From: Escherichia phage F2
Strand: one strand, 5' to 3'
DNA length: 64,000 nt
Sequence record: NC_054913.1
A program made the position numbers and the translations under genes. The notes beneath the pieces were generated by a model. The model was not told where the DNA came from, did not search any database, and worked only from the letters and a program-made list of their open reading frames with translations. Positions within the stretch are counted from its first letter, which is position 1, and each line of letters starts with the position of its first letter. Shown piece by piece: positions 20,565 to 33,979 of this stretch.

Positions 20565-21377
20565 TTAGAAACGAGATGCGACTTTCGCATATAAACTTAC
20601 ATTAGAATTCTGTTCTACCTGAGTTGTGGTAGTGTCAACTGCTTCGGCAACAAAATTAAGACCGGCAGCGTCATTGTCAACTGTATTTATACCTTCGGTA
20701 ATAGCGGCTTCTTCTTTAGTAGAACCTTTAACCATTTCTACAATAGCAGTTAACTTAGTACCAAATGCGTCAGAATAATCCATACCTTCAACCAGGCCAA
20801 TAACTTTTTCTTTCTGAGATTCAGTCAGGTCTTTTACGCTTTCATTAATAGCGGTTTCACGCTGAACGTAATTGATATATGCATCACGTTTGGTAACTTC
20901 TTCGAACAAACGAGCGGTTTCTTCTTTATGTTCGGCCAGCTCTTCTTCCATTTCTGCTACAACATCTACAGATTCTTCTGGAACAACAACGTTATGTTCA
21001 ACAAACAGTTCTTTCAGACCACCAAGCATGGATTCGAACAAATCAGCTTTAATGCCTTTATCAACTGCGATTTGGTTTTCTGCGAGCCATTCTTTTGCAA
21101 GATGGTCTAGGAATTTAGAAGCTTGTTCAGCCAATTTTTTATCAGCTTTCTCTTCAGCATCTTCTTTAGCCTTTTCAACTTCTTCTTCGGCTTTTTCGGC
21201 GATGGCTTTGATATGAGATTCAGCCAGTTTGACTGCTTCCTGCTTAACGGTGGCTTCGAATACAGTGCTGAAATTAGCTTTAACGTCCGGAGACAGTTCT
21301 ACTGATTCGAAAACACTATTAAGAGCAACTGAAGTCTCGATGTTTTGAGCTTCTTTCAAAAGTTGTTCTTTGATCAT
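20565..21377 (-). CDS. 22: gp22 prohead core scaffold protein, 270 aa
   Basis: Acidic coiled-coil scaffold; length and synteny. Confidence 0.9.
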   Translation of the reverse strand: MIKEQLLKEAQNIETSVALNSVFESVELSPDVKANFSTVFEATVKQEAVKLAESHIKAIAEKAEEEVEKAKEDAEEKADKKLAEQASKFLDHLAKEWLAENQIAVDKGIKADLFESMLGGLKELFVEHNVVVPEESVDVVAEMEEELAEHKEETARLFEEVTKRDAYINYVQRETAINESVKDLTESQKEKVIGLVEGMDYSDAFGTKLTAIVEMVKGSTKEEAAITEGINTVDNDAAGLNFVAEAVDTTTTQVEQNSNVSLYAKVASRF

Positions 21378-21407
21378 TTTAGTGTCCTGTGGTTTAGATT
21401 ACATTAT

Positions 21408-21415
21408 TATTTATA
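21408..21415 (-). promoter_or_regulatory. late promoter (TATAAATA) for gene 22
   Basis: reverse complement TATAAATA about 30 nt upstream of the gene 22 start, overlapping the gene 21 stop. Confidence 0.65.
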
Positions 21416-22052
21416 ATGCTTTTAAACTCTCTGTGAGAGCTTTAAATGCTTCATCAGCACTGTTTTTGGTGATTTCCACCGAATTTTCTGATTCTGATAT
21501 TTGTTTAGGAGTAACCCAAGCATCTGGAGCAGAAGGTCCCCATACGGCATCTACGCCGACGGTTAATTTAAATCCTTCGTTCACGATACGGTACCCTTTA
21601 TTGGTGTCGGTTAAAGAACCAAGACCACGAGAGGAAACACCTGGAATCCAACCGGCGCGTATATTAGCAGCTAATTTATCGCCGGGACCATGGTCGCCTT
21701 CAATAATTCTAGCACGTCCATATACATCGTTTCCTTTCCACCACATATCTTCAATAATGATAGCGGCTTGCATAGGGTCAACATTTGCACGAGGTGGATG
21801 GTTTAATTCTCCAAGGGCTTGTTTGGTTTCGACTTGTTCTTTAATATAGTCACTTACTGCTTTTTCCAAAACACGTTTAGGATATAAACGTTTATTTCGG
21901 TTAACAACCTCTGCCTGAAGAAAAATACCTTCTATATAAAGCCCTGGTTTTAAGCCAGAATCTTTTCCATCATGAGATTCCAACATTGGAACGCCATCAA
22001 TAATCTCACCGGGTTGACCCCAAGTTTCAATAAGTAACTCGGGTTTATTCAT
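21411..22052 (-). CDS. 21: gp21 prohead core protease, 213 aa
   Basis: Length and synteny. Confidence 0.9.
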   Translation of the reverse strand: MNKPELLIETWGQPGEIIDGVPMLESHDGKDSGLKPGLYIEGIFLQAEVVNRNKRLYPKRVLEKAVSDYIKEQVETKQALGELNHPPRANVDPMQAAIIIEDMWWKGNDVYGRARIIEGDHGPGDKLAANIRAGWIPGVSSRGLGSLTDTNKGYRIVNEGFKLTVGVDAVWGPSAPDAWVTPKQISESENSVEITKNSADEAFKALTESLKAL

Positions 22053-22477
22053 TAGCTTAATCCTAATGCTTTACGACGTTTAAGAGCTTTTTTACGCTTA
22101 CGCAAGCCTTTAACTTGGCCTGAAGGGTTAGCTTTTTTAGCTTTAACGACCTTACGAGCGATTTGTCTACGTTTTGCTTTAGAAAGACCAGTTGTTTGGA
22201 ACGCGTTACGTTCACGAGTTTTACGGTCTTTAGTGCGAGTGACTTCACCACGAGAAGAAACATGTTTAACGATAAACTCATTTAACTGTTCTTCATTAAT
22301 AATGGAAGCCATTGCAACAGCTAAATCCGTTTCAGTTTCAAGCATGTTCTCGATAATAGTATTTATATCGTCAATATCGAGAGCAGAAGACAATGCATCG
22401 ATTCGGCCCTGTGCTTCAGGAATAAGTGCTTCGACATTTTCGAGTACCAATTCATAAGATTCAGGGATAAGATACAT
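22052..22477 (-). CDS. 68: gp68 prohead core protein, 141 aa
   Basis: Length and synteny. Confidence 0.85.
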   Translation of the reverse strand: MYLIPESYELVLENVEALIPEAQGRIDALSSALDIDDINTIIENMLETETDLAVAMASIINEEQLNEFIVKHVSSRGEVTRTKDRKTRERNAFQTTGLSKAKRRQIARKVVKAKKANPSGQVKGLRKRKKALKRRKALGLS

Positions 22478-22713
22478 TATTCATCGTCCTCATCATCTTC
22501 GTCTTCGTCGTCATCGCCTTCATCAGCGTCGTCTTCCGAAGCTTTAGCTTTCTTTTCTTCTTCAGGTTCTTCGCCTTCAATCAAAAATTGAGAAGCGATT
22601 TCTGCTTTGCGTGCTTCAATCAAACGAACCGTTTTTTCTGCCATTGCACTTTCAAAAAACTTTCGAGTAGCAACGAGGTCGTTTGATTTAATAGCTTGAA
22701 TTAAATCGTCCAT
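22477..22713 (-). CDS. 67: gp67 prohead core protein, 78 aa
   Basis: Short acidic protein; synteny. Confidence 0.85.
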   Translation of the reverse strand: MDDLIQAIKSNDLVATRKFFESAMAEKTVRLIEARKAEIASQFLIEGEEPEEEKKAKASEDDADEGDDDEDEDDEDDE

Positions 22714-24284
22714 TAAAAATCCTCTTGTTCTTGGTCGGGGTCTTGGAAACGAGCCTCTTTCGACTCTTCTTCAATTTGCTTAGCCTCTTGTTCAATTTCC
22801 TCGTCAGACATCTGAAGAATATCTTTCATAGCTGTTCTGTGAGAAATATATTTACCAATAAATGGTTCGGCCATCTGAAGCATATTAATGCGACGCTCCA
22901 GAATCTCAGCATCCTTTAATTCCGAGAAATAACTATCCCGATGAAATTTTATCTTAATATTATTTATTTCATCATTCCACTCATCTTCTGTAATAATTCC
23001 TTTAAGAATTAAATTAGTTTTAAGCGGGTCTAGGAATATCTCTTCAAATTTATGTTGCAGCTCACGAATAAATTTACCAAACGACAATTCATCTCGTGTA
23101 ATAGAAGTACCAGCATCAAACTGTATACCACCTTGGTCACTTGGAATACGGGTAATAGGAATACGTAAAGCCATATAAAGCGCATTACGGAACCAACGTA
23201 CATCTTCCATATTTCCAGTATTATCTGCACCTGGTAATGTGTCAACTTCTGTTACTGCTTTACCATCACGTCGTTGTAACCAATAATCTTCGGTCATCGA
23301 CATAATATGCTGCTGGTTTTTAATCTTGCCTGTAGTAGCATCATATGCAATACGGTTTTTCATAGTATTCATAACATGTTGCATATGTTCTGCTGCTTTT
23401 CTTGAAGGCATATTACCTGTATCAACGTACCATACACGACGATCAGGAGCACGAGTAATACGATAAATTACTACGGCATCCTCAAGAAGTTTTAATTGGT
23501 TCGCTGGCTTAATAGCCCGATGCAAATAACCGATGATATTTTTACCACAACAATCAACTAAACCAGAATGGGCATAAACAATCGCGGCTTTAGGGATTTT
23601 TATTTTTGTGCCAGCTTCATATATGCGACCATCACAAGCATAAGATTCGTGTGATGTGTCATAAATGAAATATTCTTTATAACCCTTGACTATTTTAACA
23701 CCGGCTTCAGTGGTTGTAATAACTTCACGGACATATTGAACTTGACGTGGGTCTAAACGACGAAGCTCTTTAATACCTTCTTTAGGGCGTTTAGGGTCAA
23801 TAATTTTATGGAAGAAAATTCGAGAATCCACATACCAACGTCTAAAATGATCTGAACCTTTACGTTGGAAAGATAAATGATTTAACACTTCGTTAAATTC
23901 ATCCAACATCATTGATTTGATGTTTGGACTAAATTTTGTGTTGTCTAAATTTATAGAAACGACTTCTGTATCATCTTCATACACGATAGCATCGGAAACT
24001 ATTTCAGAGACCGCGTTATCCACTTCATAGTTCGTCATCAAATTTCGATACGTATCGATTAATTCACGGGTTGATTTGAGCCCTGGTTCTTGACTACCGA
24101 ACATTCTCTGAAACATAGCATTATATGTTTGCTGTGCTTCATTTTCAGATACTTCGTATTCTTTAGCGCCGTCGTCTAATTTTGGTGTGGTGATAGATTC
24201 TAAATTTTCTTTTTCTTGGTCTTTGTAATCACGTTCGTCCATTTTTGCCCATGGAGCAAACAAACTTAAGATATTAAATTTCAT
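22713..24284 (-). CDS. 20: gp20 portal vertex protein, 523 aa
   Basis: Length and synteny. Confidence 0.9.
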   Translation of the reverse strand: MKFNILSLFAPWAKMDERDYKDQEKENLESITTPKLDDGAKEYEVSENEAQQTYNAMFQRMFGSQEPGLKSTRELIDTYRNLMTNYEVDNAVSEIVSDAIVYEDDTEVVSINLDNTKFSPNIKSMMLDEFNEVLNHLSFQRKGSDHFRRWYVDSRIFFHKIIDPKRPKEGIKELRRLDPRQVQYVREVITTTEAGVKIVKGYKEYFIYDTSHESYACDGRIYEAGTKIKIPKAAIVYAHSGLVDCCGKNIIGYLHRAIKPANQLKLLEDAVVIYRITRAPDRRVWYVDTGNMPSRKAAEHMQHVMNTMKNRIAYDATTGKIKNQQHIMSMTEDYWLQRRDGKAVTEVDTLPGADNTGNMEDVRWFRNALYMALRIPITRIPSDQGGIQFDAGTSITRDELSFGKFIRELQHKFEEIFLDPLKTNLILKGIITEDEWNDEINNIKIKFHRDSYFSELKDAEILERRINMLQMAEPFIGKYISHRTAMKDILQMSDEEIEQEAKQIEEESKEARFQDPDQEQEDF

Positions 24285-24312
24285 TGTATTCTCCGAATGG
24301 GAATTATAGTTA

Positions 24313-24320
24313 TATTTATA
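24313..24320 (-). promoter_or_regulatory. late promoter (TATAAATA) for gene 20
   Basis: reverse complement TATAAATA 29 nt upstream of the gene 20 start; preceded by a tgggga-tttc-tcccca hairpin at 24347-24362. Confidence 0.65.
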
Positions 24321-24368
24321 TGGACTTCTCCGTCATCACGGGAAGCTGGGGATTTCTCCCCAACCAGA

Positions 24369-24860
24369 TTATTCCCACCAATCAAGAGCAAGAGTTACTT
24401 CGAACGTTTCAATCTCGTTATTGCTGTCCCAGTCAAGAGATACTTCACCAACGTTAGTAGGCCACAAGCCAACAATTTCAACTTCTTTAGTGACCGTTTT
24501 AGCATCACGAGCAAATTGACGAACGATAGCAGTCTTTTTATATTCAGCAGGTTTACCACCGGTAATTTCATTACCTTGTCCTGCTGCAATACCTTGCCAA
24601 TCAACAAATTTCTGACGAATGCTATGAGCATCATCGTTCATTACTGTAATAGTCCAATCATCGAATGTACGATCACCAGCCACGTTAATTTTACGGTTCA
24701 TATAAGAAACAGGAACCTTTTCAACGATCGCAGCAGGAAGAGCCGTAGCACGACACTGGAAGCTAAAGTTTTGCCCAAGATAAGAGATTTCTACTTCAAA
24801 CAGGTTAGGGCGAGCGAAATCACCTGATTCGAAGGCACGAGTTACGTCATCTACAAACAT
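24369..24860 (-). CDS. 19: gp19 tail tube protein, 163 aa
   Basis: 163 aa as in T4; synteny. Confidence 0.9.
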   Translation of the reverse strand: MFVDDVTRAFESGDFARPNLFEVEISYLGQNFSFQCRATALPAAIVEKVPVSYMNRKINVAGDRTFDDWTITVMNDDAHSIRQKFVDWQGIAAGQGNEITGGKPAEYKKTAIVRQFARDAKTVTKEVEIVGLWPTNVGEVSLDWDSNNEIETFEVTLALDWWE

Positions 24861-24933
24861 ATTAGCCTCTGTAGTAATATGGGCTTAGGATTAACCAGAT
24901 GCCCATAGAATTAATTTTTAAACGATATAGTTA

Positions 24934-24962
24934 TATTTATATGGGCTACCGAAATAGCCCAT
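24934..24962 (-). promoter_or_regulatory. 8-bp stem hairpin after gene 18 followed by the late promoter for gene 19
   Basis: atgggcta-loop-tagcccat at 24941-24962; reverse complement TATAAATA at 24934-24941. Confidence 0.6.
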
Positions 24963-24973
24963 CAGGCGTCTTA

Positions 24974-26956
24974 TTAGCCACTTACAGTACCAATTAGTTC
25001 GTCGAAATCGGCACCAGTTGCTGTTGCTACAAAGTTCAACGTAATATAATTTATCGAGCGGGCAGGTTGTAAGTAGAAAGTAGCTACAAATTCATTACGG
25101 TCGATAACTGCTGGGGTGTTATTGGTAGTATCACAAACAACTTTAAAGTTATATACACCACCAAGAGCTTTAATACCCTGTAGATATTGAGAAGTCTCTG
25201 TACGGAAAGAAGAACGGGTAAATGCGTTGTTCAATTCAAACAGGCGATATTTAGATGCTGAACCAATGTTCGTTTTAACCATATTGAACAAACGACGAAC
25301 GTTAATACGGTCAAATGGTGAAGGAACAGAAGTGGCAGTTTTATCACCATACAGAACATACCCATCACCACCGGTACCAGTAACAGGGTTAATAGCTTCC
25401 TGATACAAACGATCACGCTGTGGTTGGCGAGTTTCAATTGCAAGCTTAATAACGTTAAGAATTTGTCCACGGTTATAACCGGCAGGAGACATCCAAGGCT
25501 GAGAAATATTGTCTGTGCGAGCACAAAGACCAGCAATATCAGCAGCTAATGGAACCCAACGATTCACGTCATTATATTTGTCATATTGATATTTATAGTT
25601 ACCGTCAATAGCAGCATAAGTAGAACTTATATTAAAGTTATTATCAGTGTAAGTTCCTGACGCAGTACGCCAATCGACCAGATTATCAACTGCACGATTA
25701 ACAGGAATACCGACTACAGTTGCACGTGGCGGTGAGCAAAGAACCAAACAATCTTGGCGAGAATCACCAATTGCTACAACATGTTTCTGAACTGTAGAAG
25801 CAACTTCTAAAGATTCACCTGCACAAGAACCGGCAATAAACAACTGCGCATTAACAGATTCACGGTCAGCAAACAAATCCCAAGCTTCCATTAAATCACC
25901 AGCGTCAACCGTTTCATTAGATGATAAGCCACCACTCAGTTTGATTACGCCAGAGAAACCTTTTGGCCAACCTTGTGCAGTAGCGAAAATATAATTGCTT
26001 GCGCCTTTAGCAAAGAAATCATCAATAAAGATATTACTACCATAAATATCGCGTTCACCACGCTTAGTAGAAAGAATTACGCTCTGAACTACAGCATCGT
26101 TACGACGAACGATAATTGCATATTGGTCATCAGTTTGTGGGCCATATCCAAAGATTGCTTTAGCAGTAGATGCACGAGTACCACCATCAGGATAAATTTT
26201 TAACTGGGCTGAAGCACCTTTGTCATAGTCTGCTTTAGATACGATTTCAATTTCGAGCTGGTCGCCAAGTTCACCAGGATAAAGAGCAACTACGCCTGGG
26301 ACACCGTATTTTTTAATAGATTCTTGGAAAGTTAGAGAAGTAATAGCTTCTTCAGAAGTTTCAACTTCAGTTAACAGAATACCTGAATCGGTTACGATAG
26401 AACCAATTGTAATAACGCCAGAAAGTCCAGAAGAAGAACTGGCAACTTCGGCGGTCCAATTAGAACCCAATGCCGGATATTCATTAATTTCTTTTGCACG
26501 AGCAATAATTTTACCGGTTGGGATATAAATGTTAAGAATTTTACCATCGACATCAACTGAAGTGACATAACCATCTGCTTCAACAGTTTCGGTCAAATAC
26601 TTAACGATAATTTTATCACCAACTGCATAGTTACTACCAGCAGCAGAGATTGTGAATTCAATATTGCCTGCTACAGGAGATGAGTTCTTAGCAGCATCAC
26701 GATCAACTGCGCGTACAACACGAAGGTCATTACCATATTGAAGGAAGTTCATAGCAGACATGAAATAATCTGCTGTATCCGTATTAGGAGTACCAAACAT
26801 ATCAACCAATGCAACTTCATCAGTGATTTGTTTAATCTGGAATGCAGGTCCCCATTGGAATTTTCCAGCCAGGGCAGCGGTACCAGTGGAGTTATTAACT
26901 ACAGTACTCTGTACGGTAGTTTCTTTGAGCTCAACGCCCGGAGAGAGAAGTGCCAT
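24974..26956 (-). CDS. 18: gp18 contractile tail sheath protein, 660 aa
   Basis: Length and synteny. Confidence 0.9.
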   Translation of the reverse strand: MALLSPGVELKETTVQSTVVNNSTGTAALAGKFQWGPAFQIKQITDEVALVDMFGTPNTDTADYFMSAMNFLQYGNDLRVVRAVDRDAAKNSSPVAGNIEFTISAAGSNYAVGDKIIVKYLTETVEADGYVTSVDVDGKILNIYIPTGKIIARAKEINEYPALGSNWTAEVASSSSGLSGVITIGSIVTDSGILLTEVETSEEAITSLTFQESIKKYGVPGVVALYPGELGDQLEIEIVSKADYDKGASAQLKIYPDGGTRASTAKAIFGYGPQTDDQYAIIVRRNDAVVQSVILSTKRGERDIYGSNIFIDDFFAKGASNYIFATAQGWPKGFSGVIKLSGGLSSNETVDAGDLMEAWDLFADRESVNAQLFIAGSCAGESLEVASTVQKHVVAIGDSRQDCLVLCSPPRATVVGIPVNRAVDNLVDWRTASGTYTDNNFNISSTYAAIDGNYKYQYDKYNDVNRWVPLAADIAGLCARTDNISQPWMSPAGYNRGQILNVIKLAIETRQPQRDRLYQEAINPVTGTGGDGYVLYGDKTATSVPSPFDRINVRRLFNMVKTNIGSASKYRLFELNNAFTRSSFRTETSQYLQGIKALGGVYNFKVVCDTTNNTPAVIDRNEFVATFYLQPARSINYITLNFVATATGADFDELIGTVSG

Positions 26957-26983
26957 TTTAATTCCTCTTAATTTGCTTTATTT

Positions 26984-29309
<2,326 letters not shown>

Positions 29310-30134
29310 TTATTGTTTTCTAGGACCAGGAGGGGTTGGTGGAGTCGGGATTGGAATATCATGAGTATAAGTTTGTTCAACTTCGCCATTCCAATCTTGT
29401 GCTTCAACGTCTCTCGGTTTAATTTCTGTATCAACTGATTCAAAAACGCTGGCGGCTGATTGAAGGTCTCGTTCATTAGCATGAAAATCAAGATAAGTCG
29501 TTTTAATAAGGCCTTCTGCTGCGCCTACCGGAGGATACATCCATCCATTTACTTCAAATGTTAATGACCACTCTAAACGTCGACGGGATAAATTATCACC
29601 GTCTATTTGTTCATCCATTGCTGCTGCCATCCATACGACTTTAATATCCCTTTCAAATGGAATATCCTGCCCATATTGCTCAATCATAGTCGTATTAAAA
29701 TGCGGCTGAAAATATGGAATAATTTGCTCAACGATTTGGAACATATCATCTTCATAACGAGTAAAGATGCTCAGTTCAAAAATCATTTTAATTGGTGATG
29801 GGTTGTATTGGTCTACAATATCCTTAGTCGATTTACTCAAAAGAGAGTTATTCAATATATTCGTTTTAAACGTTGGGTTATAAACGAAATCTACCATTTG
29901 GAGATTTATACGTGGTAGAATAGTTTCGACTTTAGCCACATCTTCTTGTGAGTTTATAGAGGTCCATTTATTAAGTTTCATCATAAAGTGCTCTTTAGAT
30001 GCATACGTAATAGGAACTCTAATTAATTTATTGCCTGTAGACAATTGACGGTTAACTTGGATATTTGAAAACAAATCGCCCATCATTGTGATATATCGCC
30101 TGAACGACGAGTTGTAAAAATAACCAAACATCAT
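29310..30134 (-). CDS. 15: gp15 tail sheath stabiliser / tail terminator, 274 aa
   Basis: Length and synteny. Confidence 0.85.
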   Translation of the reverse strand: MMFGYFYNSSFRRYITMMGDLFSNIQVNRQLSTGNKLIRVPITYASKEHFMMKLNKWTSINSQEDVAKVETILPRINLQMVDFVYNPTFKTNILNNSLLSKSTKDIVDQYNPSPIKMIFELSIFTRYEDDMFQIVEQIIPYFQPHFNTTMIEQYGQDIPFERDIKVVWMAAAMDEQIDGDNLSRRRLEWSLTFEVNGWMYPPVGAAEGLIKTTYLDFHANERDLQSAASVFESVDTEIKPRDVEAQDWNGEVEQTYTHDIPIPTPPTPPGPRKQ

Positions 30135-30183
30135 TTCTCCTAACCGGCCTTTCGACCGGTGTTTGCTTTATCTTATCTATTTA

Positions 30184-30948
30184 TTAATTCATAAACCCAT
30201 CGTCAAATGGTGAATTTTGTCTACCACGGTTGTTAACTACTACATACGGCTCAACGTATTCACTTGCCTCTGAATTGATTTGCTCAACTTCAGAATATTC
30301 ATCGATATTAATGTCATGGATACCGTCAAGATTTCTAACAGGGTTAAGTTCCAAGTCACTAAATTCAGGTATATTGATACCTTCATTTTTCTGAAGCACC
30401 GGATTGATTTCTTCGCCAGAGTAAATAAACTTGCCTGCAGTAATTTTACGAATCGCATTTTTACCTACTTGATAGAATGGGTCATATGGTTCAACCCAGT
30501 TAATCTCAAACAAACTGTTATCCATTGGGAAGTATATTAAATCACCTTCCTTGGGCTCCTGATTGTTGACCTGGTGTTTGAAAAGACCTGGGTTAATAGA
30601 TAATGTAACTTCGTCTTGAACTTGCATTCCGAAGTTGCTGAAGAACGATTTCGCTCCTTCATAACCTTCAAAAGAGTTCAGATATGCAGCAAATTTCCAT
30701 GCTTTAGTAAATTTATTTTTAAGGTCCTCACCAAAGATAAGGTCCACGGCAACATATTCACGTGGAACATAAAAACATTCAATACCGCGCATCTGTATGC
30801 TTTCTGCTACTAACACATCAGCTAGGGTTTGACTATTTTCGTATTTGTTGAAGTTCACGTATTTGTTTAAAATCTCGGTTTCATTAGTTTTAGAATAGCC
30901 TTCTCGGTTTTCTAACTTTGCAAATAAATTTGAATTATACGTCGACAT
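30184..30948 (-). CDS. 14: gp14 neck protein, 254 aa
   Basis: Length and synteny. Confidence 0.85.
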   Translation of the reverse strand: MSTYNSNLFAKLENREGYSKTNETEILNKYVNFNKYENSQTLADVLVAESIQMRGIECFYVPREYVAVDLIFGEDLKNKFTKAWKFAAYLNSFEGYEGAKSFFSNFGMQVQDEVTLSINPGLFKHQVNNQEPKEGDLIYFPMDNSLFEINWVEPYDPFYQVGKNAIRKITAGKFIYSGEEINPVLQKNEGINIPEFSDLELNPVRNLDGIHDINIDEYSEVEQINSEASEYVEPYVVVNNRGRQNSPFDDGFMN

Positions 30949-31570
30949 AATTCCATCCTGCCCATTTAGGTTTGTTGTTTTTGCATCGGCCTATAACCGC
31001 GCTTGATGTGATATTAAATTCTTCACCACATTCTTTGCAGGTGTTAAATATTTTACCATTTACACTAACTTTTCGAGCTGCTGGATTTTTTGAACCAGAA
31101 AAATCAGGATGTCTATGTTTGAAATCTTTCCACATTCTTGCTGTAGATTCTTTACGTTTTCTTAACCCTTCTTCAGTCCATTTTCTTGATTTTGCGGCGT
31201 CAGACATTTTCTTTTTAGATTGGGCTGAACGTTTTTGTCCTATAGATGGATTATCTTCTGGGTTAATATACGACCTTCCGCCTGCACCACCTTTAACAAG
31301 ATTTGCGCAATTTTCTAAAATGGATAATTCATCTACCAGTAACTCTTCAGCTTCATCCATTAGAGCTTTAGATTCAAATGGCTTAGACCATATAATTTCT
31401 TTTATACAAGACGGACCGTATTTTCTTTTGGCCCTTCGTATAAAGGTACCAGACCCAGTATAAGGGTCTTTTGAAGGGTCTTCGTAAACTGATTTGTGTT
31501 TACCACCATAAATCTTTATACCGGTGGATGTTTCAAATGTTGTAATATACAATCTGTAGTATGTTGCCAT
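30935..31570 (-). CDS. free-standing GIY-YIG-like homing endonuclease inserted between genes 13 and 14, 211 aa
   Basis: N-terminal YRLYITTFE...IKIYGG with downstream conserved Glu/Asn ([15 protein letters not shown]), basic linker and a C-terminal Cys pair (CKECG...GRCK); starts 1 nt after the gene 13 stop and overlaps the gene 14 start by 14 nt. Confidence 0.65.
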   Translation of the reverse strand: MATYYRLYITTFETSTGIKIYGGKHKSVYEDPSKDPYTGSGTFIRRAKRKYGPSCIKEIIWSKPFESKALMDEAEELLVDELSILENCANLVKGGAGGRSYINPEDNPSIGQKRSAQSKKKMSDAAKSRKWTEEGLRKRKESTARMWKDFKHRHPDFSGSKNPAARKVSVNGKIFNTCKECGEEFNITSSAVIGRCKNNKPKWAGWNYVDV

Positions 31571-31571
31571 A

Positions 31572-32498
31572 TTAACCTACCAAAATACCTGCAGGAGGGT
31601 CCAGTAAATATAACTCTTCTCGTAAAGCTTCTTTCTCTAAACGAGCTTCTTCAATTAATCGAACACCATCAACAGTGACGCCACCAGGTAACATCATACC
31701 TTGATGTCTAGCAAGAATTTGTCCGTTAAGCTCTTTAGCTAATGCAGTTGCATAATCTTTAACCCAGCGGTTGTTATATGCGCCTTGTTTAGTTGCAGGA
31801 TCTTCACCAACTCGACGTCCGACCAAATTATGGTCTGGATTATCATAACGTTCAGAAATAGACCATGAATCACGAGGACCGACCTGTCCGTACCCTACTG
31901 TATTTCCTACCATCTTATGGGTCTCGATATAAGAGCGAACATACGATTCAACGATAATGACATCTTTCTGTCTAAAGTTACCCATTACTTTTAATTGCTC
32001 GTTTGCAGAGTTAAACCAAAAATCTGGAAGAGGAGCAATCATATCTTGAAGCATACCCATATAAGATACTAATTGAGAATAATACCCGAGGTCAGCGCCA
32101 AAAGCGTTCGGACCGTAGAATTTACCACAATTACTACCCATACCACCTGAAACACCTGCCATTCCTAAAAGGAAATCAGTGAACCATGGATAAGTTGCAT
32201 TACCATCCATTGAAGTAATAGAGCCAACATTTGTTCTTATAATTCTTGTTACAGCAAATACGTTAGAACCGCGCATATCAAATACGCCGTGACGGTATTT
32301 TTCTTCGTCATCAACAAAAAATACATGGAAACCTTTATTCAACCCGTCAAAATGGTATTCGCCATAAAGTTCTAACGCTCGTGAAATACAATCATAAATT
32401 TGGTCTGTAGTTAATTCAACATTTACAATAGGAGCGCCTAAACGACGTAATATTACGTCCTTTAATTCTTTAGGGTTTTGTGCATTATAACCTGACAT
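31572..32498 (-). CDS. 13: gp13 neck protein, 308 aa
   Basis: Length and synteny. Confidence 0.85.
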   Translation of the reverse strand: MSGYNAQNPKELKDVILRRLGAPIVNVELTTDQIYDCISRALELYGEYHFDGLNKGFHVFFVDDEEKYRHGVFDMRGSNVFAVTRIIRTNVGSITSMDGNATYPWFTDFLLGMAGVSGGMGSNCGKFYGPNAFGADLGYYSQLVSYMGMLQDMIAPLPDFWFNSANEQLKVMGNFRQKDVIIVESYVRSYIETHKMVGNTVGYGQVGPRDSWSISERYDNPDHNLVGRRVGEDPATKQGAYNNRWVKDYATALAKELNGQILARHQGMMLPGGVTVDGVRLIEEARLEKEALREELYLLDPPAGILVG

Positions 32499-32530
32499 AT
32501 AAATCCTTTAGGGCCCGAAGGCCCTTTTCA

Positions 32531-33979
32531 TTAAGCTGTAGGAAGTTCAACCCATGCACCATCTTTGCGAACATAGAATTTACCGTCTGAAGGAGCATCT
32601 TCAATATATCCAGCTTCCTTAAGAGTTTGGATTTCAGCTTCTGCAGCGGCCAAATCAGTTTCAAGAGTAGCAATTCTAGAAGTTAAACCATTAATTGTCG
32701 TATCATGACTTTTAACTGTAGGCAATATACCACGTTCTTCAACAGTCGAACCATTTGGGTTGGTGCCATTTATAAGAGTATTTAATGTGTTTACAGAACC
32801 CTTAATCCCTGTGGTATTAGTCCCAACATCAGTTTGAATGTTCTGAACGTCATTACTCATCTCACCGATAGATCCTTCAAGCGCTCGAGTACGATAAAGC
32901 AAAGAGCCGTCTGGTTCAGGTTTCCCACCTGAAGCGTCAACACCGACTACGTTATTTAACCATGACACATTAAAACGCAATCCTGACGAAGAATCAGAGC
33001 CGACAACAGTGTTCAATGCTCCGATAGCATCAGTATTGAGTTTAATACGTCCTTGGATTGTAGTAGGCAAATCATCGGTGCCGATGGCAGTTTCTACTGT
33101 AGTCAAACGAGGTTTAATACCACCTGATTGATTGAGCTCAAGATTAATGTCGTTTATTGCTGAACTATTCGCATTAGTTGTAGTAATAATGGAAGTCGTA
33201 TTAGGATACCCAATAGACTGTTTAATGCCATCTAAGTCAGCATTTTGTCGCGACAAAGTTAAATCAATACCGGAAAGACGACTAAATACTGGAGTAGTGA
33301 AAGAAGTGCGAGGTCCCATTTCTTCGCGTAAGTGTTCGACTTCACTAGTTAAAGAGCCGACGTCAGAATCAGCAAATTTAGTTTCTAAATCAGTTAATCG
33401 AACACCGTGGTCAACAATCACGGAGCTATTAGTCATAATACGGCGTTTCATACCAGTGCTATCATTTCCTGGAGTAGGAACCCCATTAATATCTTGACCG
33501 GTATATTGTCCTAATTCATTTTTAATCCAAAGCAGGTCGTTACGAACAGTTCTATAAACTGAATCTGTTTCCTGATTATAAACACCAATATCATCAGTAT
33601 TCGCATCAATATGTTCATTCAAATCATTCAATTCACTAGCATGGGTTTGAACTGTGACTTTAATGACATCGATATCTTGGGTGTTCTGACCTATCTGCGC
33701 AAGAGCATCAACATCCCCAGAAACATCTAAAATACCTTGAATAACTTTGATATCTTTATTGGCTGTATTCAGAGAAGATGCTATAGTTTTAATATTAACA
33801 TCTAACGCTTCTACGTTACGTTGAACTTCAACAATAGGACGGTTCATTACACCTTCAGAACCGTATTTTGTGTCAGCACCTGTTATTTCTTCATCGTTTT
33901 TAATCCATTCAATACGACTCTGACCCGCGTCTGGTGGGCCGTCAACATATGGTAAATCTACCAGAGTTATATCAGTCAT
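32531..33979 (-). CDS. wac: fibritin (whisker), 482 aa
   Basis: Coiled-coil repeats and a C-terminal foldon-like GYIEDAPSDGKFYVRKDGAWVEL. Confidence 0.9.
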   Translation of the reverse strand: MTDITLVDLPYVDGPPDAGQSRIEWIKNDEEITGADTKYGSEGVMNRPIVEVQRNVEALDVNIKTIASSLNTANKDIKVIQGILDVSGDVDALAQIGQNTQDIDVIKVTVQTHASELNDLNEHIDANTDDIGVYNQETDSVYRTVRNDLLWIKNELGQYTGQDINGVPTPGNDSTGMKRRIMTNSSVIVDHGVRLTDLETKFADSDVGSLTSEVEHLREEMGPRTSFTTPVFSRLSGIDLTLSRQNADLDGIKQSIGYPNTTSIITTTNANSSAINDINLELNQSGGIKPRLTTVETAIGTDDLPTTIQGRIKLNTDAIGALNTVVGSDSSSGLRFNVSWLNNVVGVDASGGKPEPDGSLLYRTRALEGSIGEMSNDVQNIQTDVGTNTTGIKGSVNTLNTLINGTNPNGSTVEERGILPTVKSHDTTINGLTSRIATLETDLAAAEAEIQTLKEAGYIEDAPSDGKFYVRKDGAWVELPTA

